32,000 nt of DNA. Origin: Granulosicoccaceae bacterium (GTDB lineage Bacteria; Pseudomonadota; Gammaproteobacteria; Granulosicoccales; Granulosicoccaceae). The position numbers and the translations under genes are program-made. Positions 7,999-17,014 of this stretch are shown piece by piece; position 1 is the first letter of the stretch, and each line of letters begins with the position of its first letter. The DNA lies in NCBI GenBank assembly GCA_965222695.1, contig OZ244967.1:2084397-2116396 (forward strand), read 5' to 3'. The notes under the pieces are model-generated. The model had not been told where the DNA came from. It worked only from the letters and a program-made list of their open reading frames with translations, and ran no database searches.

Positions 7999-10482
7999 TC
8001 AACCGGCCGAATTCTTTAAAGCCGAAAGCGGCGGCACTGTCAATACGCTCCTGCTGGCCAAATAACCCGCGATGCCGACTATGACCGCCCCGCCTAAAGT
8101 GCCATACAGCCATACCAGAGCATTGATCCCTATCGGCACATTCAATACGAAATTTCCGATCATCCAGGCAATGGCGGAGGCGAAAAAAGCAGCCAGAAAA
8201 CCTGCCGTCGCCCCCATCAGACTGAATTCCAGAATAACACTCTGACGCACTTGTTTATGGGATGCGCCCATGGAACGCAGGATCGCTAACTCCCGCATAC
8301 GGGACGATTGACTGCTTTGTACAGCGGATAACAGGACAATTATACCTGCCATAATGGTGAAGAAAAATACGGATTGGACGGCTAAAGCGGCCCTGTTGAT
8401 AATGTCGCGTACCCGGTTCAGCATCTTGCCGACATCTATAACCGTAATGCCCGGATGGTTTTTCACCAGCTTGCTGAGTAACTCAGCATTTTCGCTCGGT
8501 TGGTTAAAACTGGTGATAAAGGTCGTTGGCAGATCTTGCAGTGTATTGCCGGAAGTAATCACGAAAAAATTCACCTGAAAGGACTCCCACTCCACCTCGC
8601 GCACATTTCGAATCACAGCTCGACGCTCTATGCCGGCCACATGGAATGTCAGCTCATCACCGACTTTCAAATTCAGCCGTTCCATAAATCCACTTTCCGC
8701 GGAGAGCCAGTTTCCGGGTTCATCAGCTGACCACCAGTCACCCTCGGTAAGCCGGTTGTGAAAGGGCATTTCATCCGCATACGACAGATTGAACTCATGC
8801 CTCAAAAGCCCTTGTGCCTCCTCGTTTTCGGCGAATTTGCGCTCCGCATTGTCTCCGTTGATGGCCACCAGACGGCCCCGGCTGATCGGATAAAGTTCCC
8901 CGGTAAAATCGACATTGTCCCGCAGCAGCGACAAAACACCTTCGACCTGATCAACCTGTATATTGACGATAAAGTTATTGGGCGCATCCGGTGAAATATC
9001 TTTTTGCCATGCCTGCAATATATCATCCCGGATTACGGAAATCAGAAGTAGCGCCATAATCGTCAAACCGAAGGTCGATAGTTGCAGCAAAGTCACGTCC
9101 ATACGCCGACGCAATACGAATTTGGCCATAGACCACCTGGGCGGTGTTAAATAGCGCATCATTCGGTATAGAAATCCACCACTGAGTGAAAACACCAGCG
9201 TTACGCAAATCAGGCCCAGCATCAGCAAAAGTACCAGTTTGATATCACCGGACTGTAAATACATCATCAAAGATGCAGCCAGCAAGGCGGTGGATGCCGT
9301 CAGTCTGCCGGACACACCGAGTTCCCCAAGCTCTTGACGCAATACACTCAATACAGGCACGGCGCCGGCGCGTATCAATGGCAGACTGGCAAAGCCAGCC
9401 AGAGTCAGCAGTGTGACCGATACCGCCCCGATCACGGGCCGCCATCCGGCAGCAGGCAAATCGACCTGGAACCAGCTGCCCAGCAGGATCGAAAGCACGG
9501 TTTGCGCTAACAGGCCCAGCAACAGGCCAACCAGCAAGGCAAACAACGCCATTAGGGCCAGACGCAGTATCATCCAGAGAAAAACCGTTCGTCTATCGGC
9601 GCCCAGGGTGCGTAAAATCGCACCGGCATTGGCCTGTTGATGCGCATATTGCCGGACAGAAAGCGCTATGGCGGCACCGGACAGCAGAACAGTGACCATC
9701 GCCGCCAATCCGAAAAACTTACCGACTTGATTCAATACTCGTTGGATTTCCGGGCGAGCGTTGTGTGCGTCCCGCAATTCCACACCTGCCTGCTCGTGTC
9801 CGGCATACCATTTACGGAACGCCTGTAATTGCTGTTTTTCGCCGGACAACAGTAGAGAATATCTTGCCCGGCTTCCCTCAACCAGCAACCCGGCGGCTTC
9901 TATATCCTCAAGGTTCATCATGACCCGTGGCGCCATTTGAAACAATTCGCCACCTCGGTCCGGCTCCGTATGCACACTTGCCGAGACTGCGAATTCCAGC
10001 CTGCCCAACAGGAGCGGACTCTTAAAGCTCAGGTCCAGCAAATCGATCAGTATGGAATCAACAAGCACTGCGCCCGATTCCGGCGGCGAGGATCTATACG
10101 GCTTTTCGCCTTGATCGATATCGGCCGCCAGCAGCCGCCCCCGCAAAGGATAATTCTCGCTGACCGCCTTGACAGCGACCAGTTGGGAATCGTCTTCATC
10201 GTTTAATACAACGCTGGGAAAAGTCACAGTCTGTGCGATTTTAAGGCCCGCCTGCCCGGCCCGCTCAAACAGCAATGCAGGCAGAGGATGGGAAGAGCGC
10301 AGCAACAGATCAGCAGCCAATAAATCACTGGCCTGCTGTTGCATGGCGCGACTGACCCGATCGGTAAAAAAGCCGACAGCCGACACAGCCGCCACCGCAA
10401 CGATCAACGCCATGATTAATATCCGCAGACTGCCGGTACGCAAGTCTTTACGGATTGAACGGCGGATCAAGAGTGCTAGCAT
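7999..10482 (-). CDS. ybbP: FtsX-family ABC transporter permease, YbbP-like
   Basis: 827 aa with many hydrophobic helices and two large periplasmic loops. It overlaps the upstream ATPase gene by 7 nt. The tesA <> ybbA-ybbP arrangement is the same as in E. coli. Confidence 0.85.
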   Translation of the reverse strand: MLALLIRRSIRKDLRTGSLRILIMALIVAVAAVSAVGFFTDRVSRAMQQQASDLLAADLLLRSSHPLPALLFERAGQAGLKIAQTVTFPSVVLNDEDDSQLVAVKAVSENYPLRGRLLAADIDQGEKPYRSSPPESGAVLVDSILIDLLDLSFKSPLLLGRLEFAVSASVHTEPDRGGELFQMAPRVMMNLEDIEAAGLLVEGSRARYSLLLSGEKQQLQAFRKWYAGHEQAGVELRDAHNARPEIQRVLNQVGKFFGLAAMVTVLLSGAAIALSVRQYAHQQANAGAILRTLGADRRTVFLWMILRLALMALFALLVGLLLGLLAQTVLSILLGSWFQVDLPAAGWRPVIGAVSVTLLTLAGFASLPLIRAGAVPVLSVLRQELGELGVSGRLTASTALLAASLMMYLQSGDIKLVLLLMLGLICVTLVFSLSGGFLYRMMRYLTPPRWSMAKFVLRRRMDVTLLQLSTFGLTIMALLLISVIRDDILQAWQKDISPDAPNNFIVNIQVDQVEGVLSLLRDNVDFTGELYPISRGRLVAINGDNAERKFAENEEAQGLLRHEFNLSYADEMPFHNRLTEGDWWSADEPGNWLSAESGFMERLNLKVGDELTFHVAGIERRAVIRNVREVEWESFQVNFFVITSGNTLQDLPTTFITSFNQPSENAELLSKLVKNHPGITVIDVGKMLNRVRDIINRAALAVQSVFFFTIMAGIIVLLSAVQSSQSSRMRELAILRSMGASHKQVRQSVILEFSLMGATAGFLAAFFASAIAWMIGNFVLNVPIGINALVWLYGTLGGAVIVGIAGYLASRSVLTVPPLSALKNSAG

Positions 10483-11192
10483 AATTCTTGACTGATCCGG
10501 CCGTCACGCAATACCAGCTTGCGATCGCAACGGCTGGCGAGAATATTGTCATGAGTCACCAGGACGAGAGATGCTCCCTGTTCCTCTCGCAATGCAAACA
10601 TCAAATCCACAATTTTACGGCCGTTCTCCAGATCGAGATTTCCCGTGGGTTCATCGGCGAAGAGCAAAACCGGGCTGATCACAAAGGCTCTTGCCAACGC
10701 CACTCGCTGCTGTTCTCCACCGGAAAGCTGCTCCGGATAATGATGCAAGCGATCGGCGAGCCCCAGTTTTTCCAGCATATTTTCCGCGGCATCTGCCGAA
10801 TCCAGCTTTCCGCCCAGTTCCATCGCCATACGAACGTTTTCCAGCGCTGTAAACCCCTGTAATAACTGGAATGACTGGAAGACAAATCCGATTTTTCCGG
10901 CTCGCAGCTTGGCCCTCGCATCTTCATCCAGATCGGCCAGATTTTGCCCCAGTAATTGCACATCTCCCTTAGAACTCAAATCCAGCCCTGCCAGGAGTCC
11001 CAGCAAAGTCGATTTCCCTGAGCCCGAAGGGCCTACTATTGCCAGCGCCTCACCACGCTGCACCGCGAGGCTGACGTTGTCCAGAATCAACATATCGCCA
11101 CCGGGTCCATGGACGGTTTTATGCAGTTCGACGGCACTCAAGACGACTTCGTTCTGTGCCGATTCACTTGAAGTTTTATTTTCAGGAATCAC
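10476..11192 (-). CDS. ybbA: ABC transporter ATP-binding protein, YbbA/LolD-like
   Basis: Walker A GPSGSGKST, signature LSGGEQQRVALARA, Walker B LLFADEPTGNLD. Confidence 0.9.
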   Translation of the reverse strand: MIPENKTSSESAQNEVVLSAVELHKTVHGPGGDMLILDNVSLAVQRGEALAIVGPSGSGKSTLLGLLAGLDLSSKGDVQLLGQNLADLDEDARAKLRAGKIGFVFQSFQLLQGFTALENVRMAMELGGKLDSADAAENMLEKLGLADRLHHYPEQLSGGEQQRVALARAFVISPVLLFADEPTGNLDLENGRKIVDLMFALREEQGASLVLVTHDNILASRCDRKLVLRDGRISQELC

Positions 11193-11224
11193 AATATTGC
11201 AATCTCTTTTACGGAAAGGCAGTG

Positions 11225-11830
11225 ATGATCAAATTTGTCTGGCTGTGCATTATAGCCCTAAGCAGTTCTGTGGCATTTGCCGAAAACATTACTGTTCTGG
11301 TACTTGGCGATAGCATTAGTGCGGCTTACGGTTTACCCCAGGACAAGGGCTGGGTAAAACTCCTGGAAACCCGCCTGCAGGCATCTCATCCGGACAGCAA
11401 AGTTGTCAATGCCAGTATCACCGGTGATACAACCACCGGCGGATTGAAACGTCTGCCTCAGGCCCTGCAACAGCACCGCCCCGATATCGCCATAATTGAA
11501 CTCGGTGGAAACGATGGGTTACGCGGCCAATCCCTCAAAAATATGCGCAATAACCTTGTGCAAATGATTCAGCTTGGACAGTCCGCCAAGGCGAAAGTTT
11601 TGCTTCTGGGTATGCGTATTCCCAGCAATTACGGTCCGGCTTATACGGAACGTTTTCAAAGAGTATTCCAAAAAGCGTCGGAAGCAACCGGCGCGGCATT
11701 GATGCCCTTTTTTCTGGAACCAATTGCCACCGATCGCAGATACTTTCAAAGTGACGGAATCCACCCGTCCATCGAAGCCCAGGAAAAACTGCTCGACGGA
11801 ATGTGGCCCTTTCTTCAGCCCCTGTTGTAA
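11225..11830 (+). CDS. tesA: SGNH/GDSL arylesterase, thioesterase I / lysophospholipase L1
   Basis: GDSL block VLVLGDSISAAYG, then ELGGNDGLRG and SDGIHPS. I place the start at the in-frame ATG 11225, which gives a signal peptide MIKFVWLCIIALSSSVAFA, rather than the track start at 11156. Confidence 0.85.
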   Translation: MIKFVWLCIIALSSSVAFAENITVLVLGDSISAAYGLPQDKGWVKLLETRLQASHPDSKVVNASITGDTTTGGLKRLPQALQQHRPDIAIIELGGNDGLRGQSLKNMRNNLVQMIQLGQSAKAKVLLLGMRIPSNYGPAYTERFQRVFQKASEATGAALMPFFLEPIATDRRYFQSDGIHPSIEAQEKLLDGMWPFLQPLL

Positions 11831-11864
11831 TCGCTGTATCCGTCAATATCACCTGGACAGAGTA

Positions 11865-12785
11865 CTAATCCGAAAACCAATGGATGGGCGCTGACCGATC
11901 GCATAATCGTTTACGCAGCCAGGCCAGGGCTTTTCCTTTTCGTTTATTCTTCCAGGCATAGACAACCGGGTAATGCCAGGATGTCCCGGACTCAATCCGT
12001 TTTTCAACCAGGTTACCGGCCGCAAGATGGTGGCGAATATTGTATTTTGGCAAGGTTCCCACCCCCAGACCCTGAAGATGCGCCTCGATTTTTAACGATG
12101 GAGTGGAGACCGTCAGCACCGGCTGACCCGGTAATAGTGAGACCGATTTAGTCGGTAACTCAAGCGCGGTGTCTGCAACCGCCACCGCTCGGTACTTGCG
12201 AATTTCGTCTTCCGGTATAGGCTCGGGATGATCGGCCAGCGGATGATTCGGCGAGACGGCAAAAGCGAATTCGCACTCACCTACAGCGATCGTGCTGAAT
12301 CCGCCGACCTCCGGTGCATCAATGCCGATCGCCAGTATCATATCCGCTCTGTCGGAAAGCAGCGCATCCCATGCCCCGGTCAATACTTCACACTTTACAC
12401 TGAGTCTGGTATTGGGTGCAGCCTGGTAAAACTCTTTTACCAGTTTGATTACCTTGTCTTCCGGGAAAAAATCGTGCACCACCAGCCGTAACTCGGGCTC
12501 CCAACCGGTCGAAATCCGGCTGAGCGCCGACTCGGTTTCGTAGGCCACTCTCAGCAGTTCTGAGCCATAGCGATGCAATTCGGCTCCTGCTTCGGTCAGC
12601 CTGACCTTATGCCCGTAGCGTTCAAATATCTGAATATTCAAAGCGCTCTCCAATTTGCTGACGGTATAGGAAATGGTTGAAGGCACCCGGTGCAATGCGG
12701 CAGCGGCTTTTGCGAAGCTGCCCTGCTGCACAATCGCCTGTATAACGTTCAAACTGTCCAGATCAAGCCGCAACTTCGATTTCAT
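11865..12785 (-). CDS. LysR-family transcriptional regulator
   Basis: 306 aa with N-terminal HTH FAKAAAALHRVPSTISYTVSKLE and a LysR substrate-binding domain. It is divergent from the cytochrome b561-yceI pair. Confidence 0.9.
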   Translation of the reverse strand: MKSKLRLDLDSLNVIQAIVQQGSFAKAAAALHRVPSTISYTVSKLESALNIQIFERYGHKVRLTEAGAELHRYGSELLRVAYETESALSRISTGWEPELRLVVHDFFPEDKVIKLVKEFYQAAPNTRLSVKCEVLTGAWDALLSDRADMILAIGIDAPEVGGFSTIAVGECEFAFAVSPNHPLADHPEPIPEDEIRKYRAVAVADTALELPTKSVSLLPGQPVLTVSTPSLKIEAHLQGLGVGTLPKYNIRHHLAAGNLVEKRIESGTSWHYPVVYAWKNKRKGKALAWLRKRLCDRSAPIHWFSD

Positions 12786-13077
12786 CGAATATAATATTCA
12801 TTTTTTTTCATTTGTATTAACAATATACCTATATATCATAATATTTTCATTCGATTTATTCGATCTTAAATTCAATAAATCATAATTTTTATGTGGATAA
12901 AGACGAAATTCACCAACGGCACGACAGATGTGGACAGCGGGTAAACAATGTAATCTTCGGCTATGGAGCTTCATGGTTAATCGCCGCGGTATACGAACTC
13001 TCGGAGCAAACCTTTGATTTCACCATTCGCCGATTAAGGAAATCCAGCCGCATTCACGACTGATTATCAAGCAAGTA

Positions 13078-13617
13078 ATGAAACTTAAAAATACCCAGGA
13101 CGAATACGGACTGATCGCGAAGAGTTTACACTGGATGATGGCAGTTATCATTTTTGCCTTGTTCGCAGTCGGGCTGTATATGACCAGTCTGACCTACTAC
13201 GACCCCTTGTATCACACCTTACCATGGTGGCACAAAAGCTTCGGACTTGCAGTAGCGATATTGTTGATGTTGCGATTGATCTGGAAATTCAACAACACCA
13301 ACCCTGCTCATTTAAGCACTCACACACGGATGGAAATTCTCTTGGCAGGGATCACTCACAAAATGCTTTACACACTGATAATTGTGATCTGTATCAGTGG
13401 TTACCTGATTTCAACCGCCGAAGGCAAAGGTATAGAGTTCTTCGGCTGGTTCGAAATACCGGCGGTGATGGCTCCTGTGGAAAACCAGGCCGACACAGCC
13501 GGACTTATTCATCTGATTCTGGCATATATCATGGCTGCCCTGGTGGTACTGCATATTGCCGGAGCGGTAAAACACCATCTGCTGGATAAGGACAACACAC
13601 TTAAACGAATGTTATAG
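13078..13617 (+). CDS. cytochrome b561 family protein (CybB/YceJ-like)
   Basis: 179 aa with four predicted TM helices. It has conserved His residues (LHWMMAV, WHKSFG, IHLILAY, HIAGAVKHH) and forms the classic pairing with a downstream yceI. Confidence 0.85.
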   Translation: MKLKNTQDEYGLIAKSLHWMMAVIIFALFAVGLYMTSLTYYDPLYHTLPWWHKSFGLAVAILLMLRLIWKFNNTNPAHLSTHTRMEILLAGITHKMLYTLIIVICISGYLISTAEGKGIEFFGWFEIPAVMAPVENQADTAGLIHLILAYIMAALVVLHIAGAVKHHLLDKDNTLKRML

Positions 13618-13628
13618 GGTATTAAACC

Positions 13629-14204
13629 ATGAAAAAAATGTTGAGAACACTTGTCGTAAGCACTTTGGCAGCCGCCAGTACCATAGCACTGGCTGAAGAC
13701 TATGTGATAGATACCACGGGCAACCACGCGTCCATCAATTTCAAGATTTCACACCTCGGCTACAGCTGGTTGTACGGCCGCTTTAACGAATTTGAAGGCA
13801 CTTTCAGCTACGATGAGGCCAAACCTGACGAGTCAACTGCCTCCGTCAAGATCAATACCGCCAGCATTGATTCCAATCATGCCGAAAGAGACAAACACCT
13901 GCGCAGCGGAGATTTCCTCGATGTGGACAAATTTCCGGAGGCGACGTTTGTCAGCACGTCCTATAAGCCCGGCGAAGGCAATAAGGGTGTTTTAAGCGGT
14001 GATCTGACCCTGCACGGGGTAACTAAATCGGTAAGTATCGATGTTGAGCACATCGGGAGCGGCAAAGATCCCTGGGGTGGGTTCCGGCGTGGATTCTCGG
14101 GCACGACTATGCTGTCTCTGGCGGATTTCGGTATCAATTACAATCTGGGGCCGGCCTCCAAAGAGCTTGAGCTGACTATCGCTGTCGAAGGAATAAAGCA
14201 GTAA
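13629..14204 (+). CDS. yceI: YceI-family periplasmic polyisoprenoid-binding protein
   Basis: 191 aa. Signal peptide MKKMLRTLVVSTLAAASTIALA. YceI blocks SHLGYSWLYGRFNEFEGTF, ERDKHLRSGDFLDV and LTLHGVTK. Confidence 0.9.
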   Translation: MKKMLRTLVVSTLAAASTIALAEDYVIDTTGNHASINFKISHLGYSWLYGRFNEFEGTFSYDEAKPDESTASVKINTASIDSNHAERDKHLRSGDFLDVDKFPEATFVSTSYKPGEGNKGVLSGDLTLHGVTKSVSIDVEHIGSGKDPWGGFRRGFSGTTMLSLADFGINYNLGPASKELELTIAVEGIKQ

Positions 14205-14291
14205 AGGACACGGCTCTAGTGTACTGCAACACCCCAGATGGCCTGTCTCGGTTCGTCTATAGGTGTCCTTTGGGTGTTACAGTACAGCTAG
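14203..14291. other. two interleaved inverted repeats (pseudoknot-like topology) starting at the yceI stop codon
   Basis: Pair A is AAAGGACAC (14203-14211) with GTGTCCTTT (14263-14271), 9/9 matched. Pair B is CTAGTGTACTGCAACACCC (14216-14234) with GGGTGTTACAGTACAGCTAG (14272-14291), 18 bp with one mismatch and one bulge. The right arm of A lies inside the loop of B. Confidence 0.55.
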
Positions 14292-14298
14292 TGTAGGT

Positions 14299-14326
14299 AA
14301 AAAAAGCCGAGCACTATGGCTCGGCT
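14299..14326 (-). terminator. rho-independent terminator on the minus strand
   Basis: The minus strand reads AGCCGAGC-catagt-GCTCGGCT followed by TTTTTT. The stem is 8 bp and the T-run is the complement of the A7 run at 14299-14305. There is no U-run on the plus strand. Confidence 0.6.
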
Positions 14327-14341
14327 AACCCACACACTCGG

Positions 14342-14375
14342 TTTTATAAATTAATCTCCCTGTTAATTTATAAAA
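14342..14375. repeat. perfect 13-bp AT-only inverted repeat: TTTTATAAATTAA-tctccctg-TTAATTTATAAAA
   Basis: Read directly from the sequence. It shares the 9-mer core ATAAATTAA / TTAATTTAT with the palindrome at 4277-4305. Confidence 0.6.
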
Positions 14376-14722
14376 TTCTTATTGTTATCAAATATTTCCG
14401 GCCCGGTTTGTTTCCAATGAAGTAGATTGAGTAAACCCAAGCCGACGTGAAGTCTAACAATTTTTGCCTTTCCCGTCCGAACTTTTTACTCCGTAGACGT
14501 CCACTTGGCCATTCTCCGCAACGATCATAGGCTGAGAAGACTGACAAACCATAATACTACCTATTCTAGCCGAATAAATTAGTGATAACGCACAGTTAGG
14601 CCAAATAATTTCACCGTCAGCCAAGTTTGCTGCATTGCATTATCTCTAAATCGACTCCCAGGAGCCTTGAAGAAAGGTGAAAATCAGCAACTGCGCCCGA
14701 GCTGAATAGCGGTATTACTCCT

Positions 14723-15556
14723 CTATCCAGGCTTGCGTTTGAGTAACACCCGCTGAGGATTGTATCCGATGGCCGCAGCTGAAAAAAACAACACAAAGCT
14801 GGCAAGCACAACCATCAGCGAAATACCATTGAACTGTCCGTACATGGAAAACCGAATGAATTCGATAACATGGGTAAAAGGATTAAAACGAGCCAGCTGA
14901 TAGATGATCTCAGCCCCCGATTCTTCCAACTTCCATAGAGGATACAGTGCACTGCTGAGGAAAAACATCGGAAAAATCACGAAATTCATTGTGCTGGCAA
15001 AGTTTTCCAATTGCTTGATATAGACGGAAAGTAACAGCCCTAAAGCACCCAAGGTGGCACCTCCCAGTATCAGGCCAGGTAACACGTTCAGCCAGCCGGA
15101 GGCAGGCAGATCTATTCCAAACAAGGAACAGATCAGTAAAAATGCATATGCCTGGACAACCGATAGAAACGTTCCCGCCAGCAGTTTGCATAACAGCAGA
15201 TACCAACGCGGCAAAGGAGCTGTCAGCAGTAATCGCATTACGCCCATTTCCCGATCATAAACCATCGCCAGTGAACTTTGCATTCCATTAAACAGCAACA
15301 CCATACCGAGTAAACCGGGAGCTATATACACCTGGTATTCAATATAGGTTTGATAGGGTGGGATAATCGATACGCCGAATACGTTTTGAAAACCGGCGGC
15401 AAACACCAGTAACCATAAAGCGGGGCGGACCAGTGCGGAAAACAATCGGCCTTTTTGTTGCCAGAATTTGATCAACTCGCGGCTACTGAGCGCTCTCAAG
15501 GCCATTAGCGCATGCCTGAGCCCGTGGGCGCGTGCAGTCTGAGGCATTTCACTCAT
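14723..15556 (-). CDS. ABC-2 type transporter permease
   Basis: 277 aa with about six TM helices and the ABC-2 membrane-domain architecture. Its ATG overlaps the upstream ATPase stop by 8 nt. Confidence 0.85.
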   Translation of the reverse strand: MSEMPQTARAHGLRHALMALRALSSRELIKFWQQKGRLFSALVRPALWLLVFAAGFQNVFGVSIIPPYQTYIEYQVYIAPGLLGMVLLFNGMQSSLAMVYDREMGVMRLLLTAPLPRWYLLLCKLLAGTFLSVVQAYAFLLICSLFGIDLPASGWLNVLPGLILGGATLGALGLLLSVYIKQLENFASTMNFVIFPMFFLSSALYPLWKLEESGAEIIYQLARFNPFTHVIEFIRFSMYGQFNGISLMVVLASFVLFFSAAAIGYNPQRVLLKRKPG

Positions 15557-16298
15557 TCTCCGCCGCCCGTGATTGTTCGGTCAAGGAAAGAAATGCGCTT
15601 AACAGATCCGACTGTCTGCTGCGATGGACGATTTCATCCGGTGTTCCGGCTTGTAATACTCTCCCGCGGTGCAGAATGTAAACGCTGTCGGCATCGACCG
15701 CCTCATCCACCAGATGCGTTGCCCATAAAACGGCAAGGTCCTGCTCTTTGCAAAGCGATTTGACATTTTGCACCAGCTTTTGCCTGGAGGCCGGATCGAG
15801 TCCTACCGTGGCCTCATCCATCAAGAGTATCGAAGGTTTATGCAACAGGGAACGGACCAGTTCCACCTTGCGCCGGTTGCCTCCGCTCAAGGACCGGCAA
15901 GGGGATTGTAAATTTTCAATCAGGCCTTCCCGGCGCAGACTGTCCTGGATGATCCCGCGCGCATTGTGGATTCCGTGCAAATCGCAATGAAATTTCAAAT
16001 TTCTGTACACGCTCAAATCCAGATCCAAGGTCAACTGCTGAAAAACTATACCCAGTTTCGCCAAGGCATCGATGGCGCTGGAGGCAAGATTCTCTCCGTC
16101 AATAACAATTTCACCGTCATCGGCGACGAATAATCCGCTCAGCAGTTGGAACAGAGTTGACTTCCCCGCCCCGTTAGGGCCGAGCAGGGCCACAAATTCG
16201 CCCGCGCCGACCGACAGATCGACCTCATTCAGCGCGCAAAGCCTGCCGTAATATTTTTTTACCCTGCGCACATTCAAACGTTGTCTCGATTCAGTCAT
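15549..16298 (-). CDS. ABC transporter ATP-binding protein partnered with the ABC-2 permease
   Basis: Walker A GPNGAGKST, signature LSGGNRRKVELVRS, Walker B ILLMDEATVGLD. The blocks GIVFQQLTLDLDLSV and LWATHLVDEA resemble, from memory, the PQQ-dehydrogenase-system ABC ATPase family (PedA-like). It has an ATGA overlap with the upstream gene. Confidence 0.9.
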   Translation of the reverse strand: MTESRQRLNVRRVKKYYGRLCALNEVDLSVGAGEFVALLGPNGAGKSTLFQLLSGLFVADDGEIVIDGENLASSAIDALAKLGIVFQQLTLDLDLSVYRNLKFHCDLHGIHNARGIIQDSLRREGLIENLQSPCRSLSGGNRRKVELVRSLLHKPSILLMDEATVGLDPASRQKLVQNVKSLCKEQDLAVLWATHLVDEAVDADSVYILHRGRVLQAGTPDEIVHRSRQSDLLSAFLSLTEQSRAAENE

Positions 16299-17014
16299 AG
16301 GCGGCCACTTAAAATCTCCGGAAATTGTTCAAAGATACGGTTTTGATAATCCTGTATGATTTTACCCTGAATCTCTCGGGGACGCGGAAGGGTCAAGGTC
16401 GCGTCATGAATGATTCGCGCAGGCTTATCACTGAGAAAAATTAACCGATCCGCCATGCAAATGGCTTCCGGAAGACTGTGGGTAACAAATAATACCGTAG
16501 GCCGGTACAGCTGCCATAATACTTCAAGTCTGGCACGAAGACGATGAGCGGACGGGGCGTCCAGGGAAACAAAGGGTTCGTCCAGTAACAGAATATCCGG
16601 TTTCACGATAAAAGCTCTGGCCAACGCGACCCTGCGCTGCATACCGCCGGAGAGCTGAGAAGGATACAACTCTCCGCTGCCCTCCAGACCCACGGAGTAG
16701 AGCATTTCGTCAATGCCCCCCGACTCAGCATCGGCGCAGACAAGTGCGATATTTTCGCGCACATTCAGCCAGGGCATCAGCCTCGGTTCCTGGAAGATAA
16801 ACCCTACACCGGCAGAATCATCGATATTACGTTTACCCTCGAATTGCAGATCCAATCCCGCGACGATATTGAGAATAGTACTTTTTCCGACTCCGGACGG
16901 GCCGATCAGACAGCTAAAGGTGCCAGCCTGCAAATCCAGTTTCAGCCTTTCTATTACCGGATTGATCTGCCCGGCAAAACACTTTTGTTCAATATGTACG
17001 GATACGGGTTTCAT
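16295..17014 (-). CDS. ABC transporter ATP-binding protein, nitrate/sulfonate/taurine (NitT/TauT) type
   Basis: Walker A GPSGVGKST, signature LSGGMQRRVALARA, Walker B ILLLDEPF. I place the start at ATG 17014, which forms an ATGA overlap with the permease stop. The track start at 17023 is a TTG. Confidence 0.9.
   Translation of the reverse strand: MKPVSVHIEQKCFAGQINPVIERLKLDLQAGTFSCLIGPSGVGKSTILNIVAGLDLQFEGKRNIDDSAGVGFIFQEPRLMPWLNVRENIALVCADAESGGIDEMLYSVGLEGSGELYPSQLSGGMQRRVALARAFIVKPDILLLDEPFVSLDAPSAHRLRARLEVLWQLYRPTVLFVTHSLPEAICMADRLIFLSDKPARIIHDATLTLPRPREIQGKIIQDYQNRIFEQFPEILSGRL

Noticed and set aside
11156-11224. The track start at 11156 would extend tesA by 23 residues and overlap ybbA head to head.
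   Set aside because: The extension (MPIHLKFYFQESQYCNLFYGKAV) precedes a perfect signal peptide that begins at the in-frame ATG 11225. The shorter form matches TesA architecture.
14454-14552. A 32-aa (or 24-aa) minus-strand small ORF, considered as a PqqA-like peptide because of its size and its position near pqq-linked transport genes.
   Set aside because: It has no E-x-x-x-Y pair (Glu and Tyr are 7 apart) and no ribosome-binding site. I kept it only as a possible sORF within the finding on 14327-14722.
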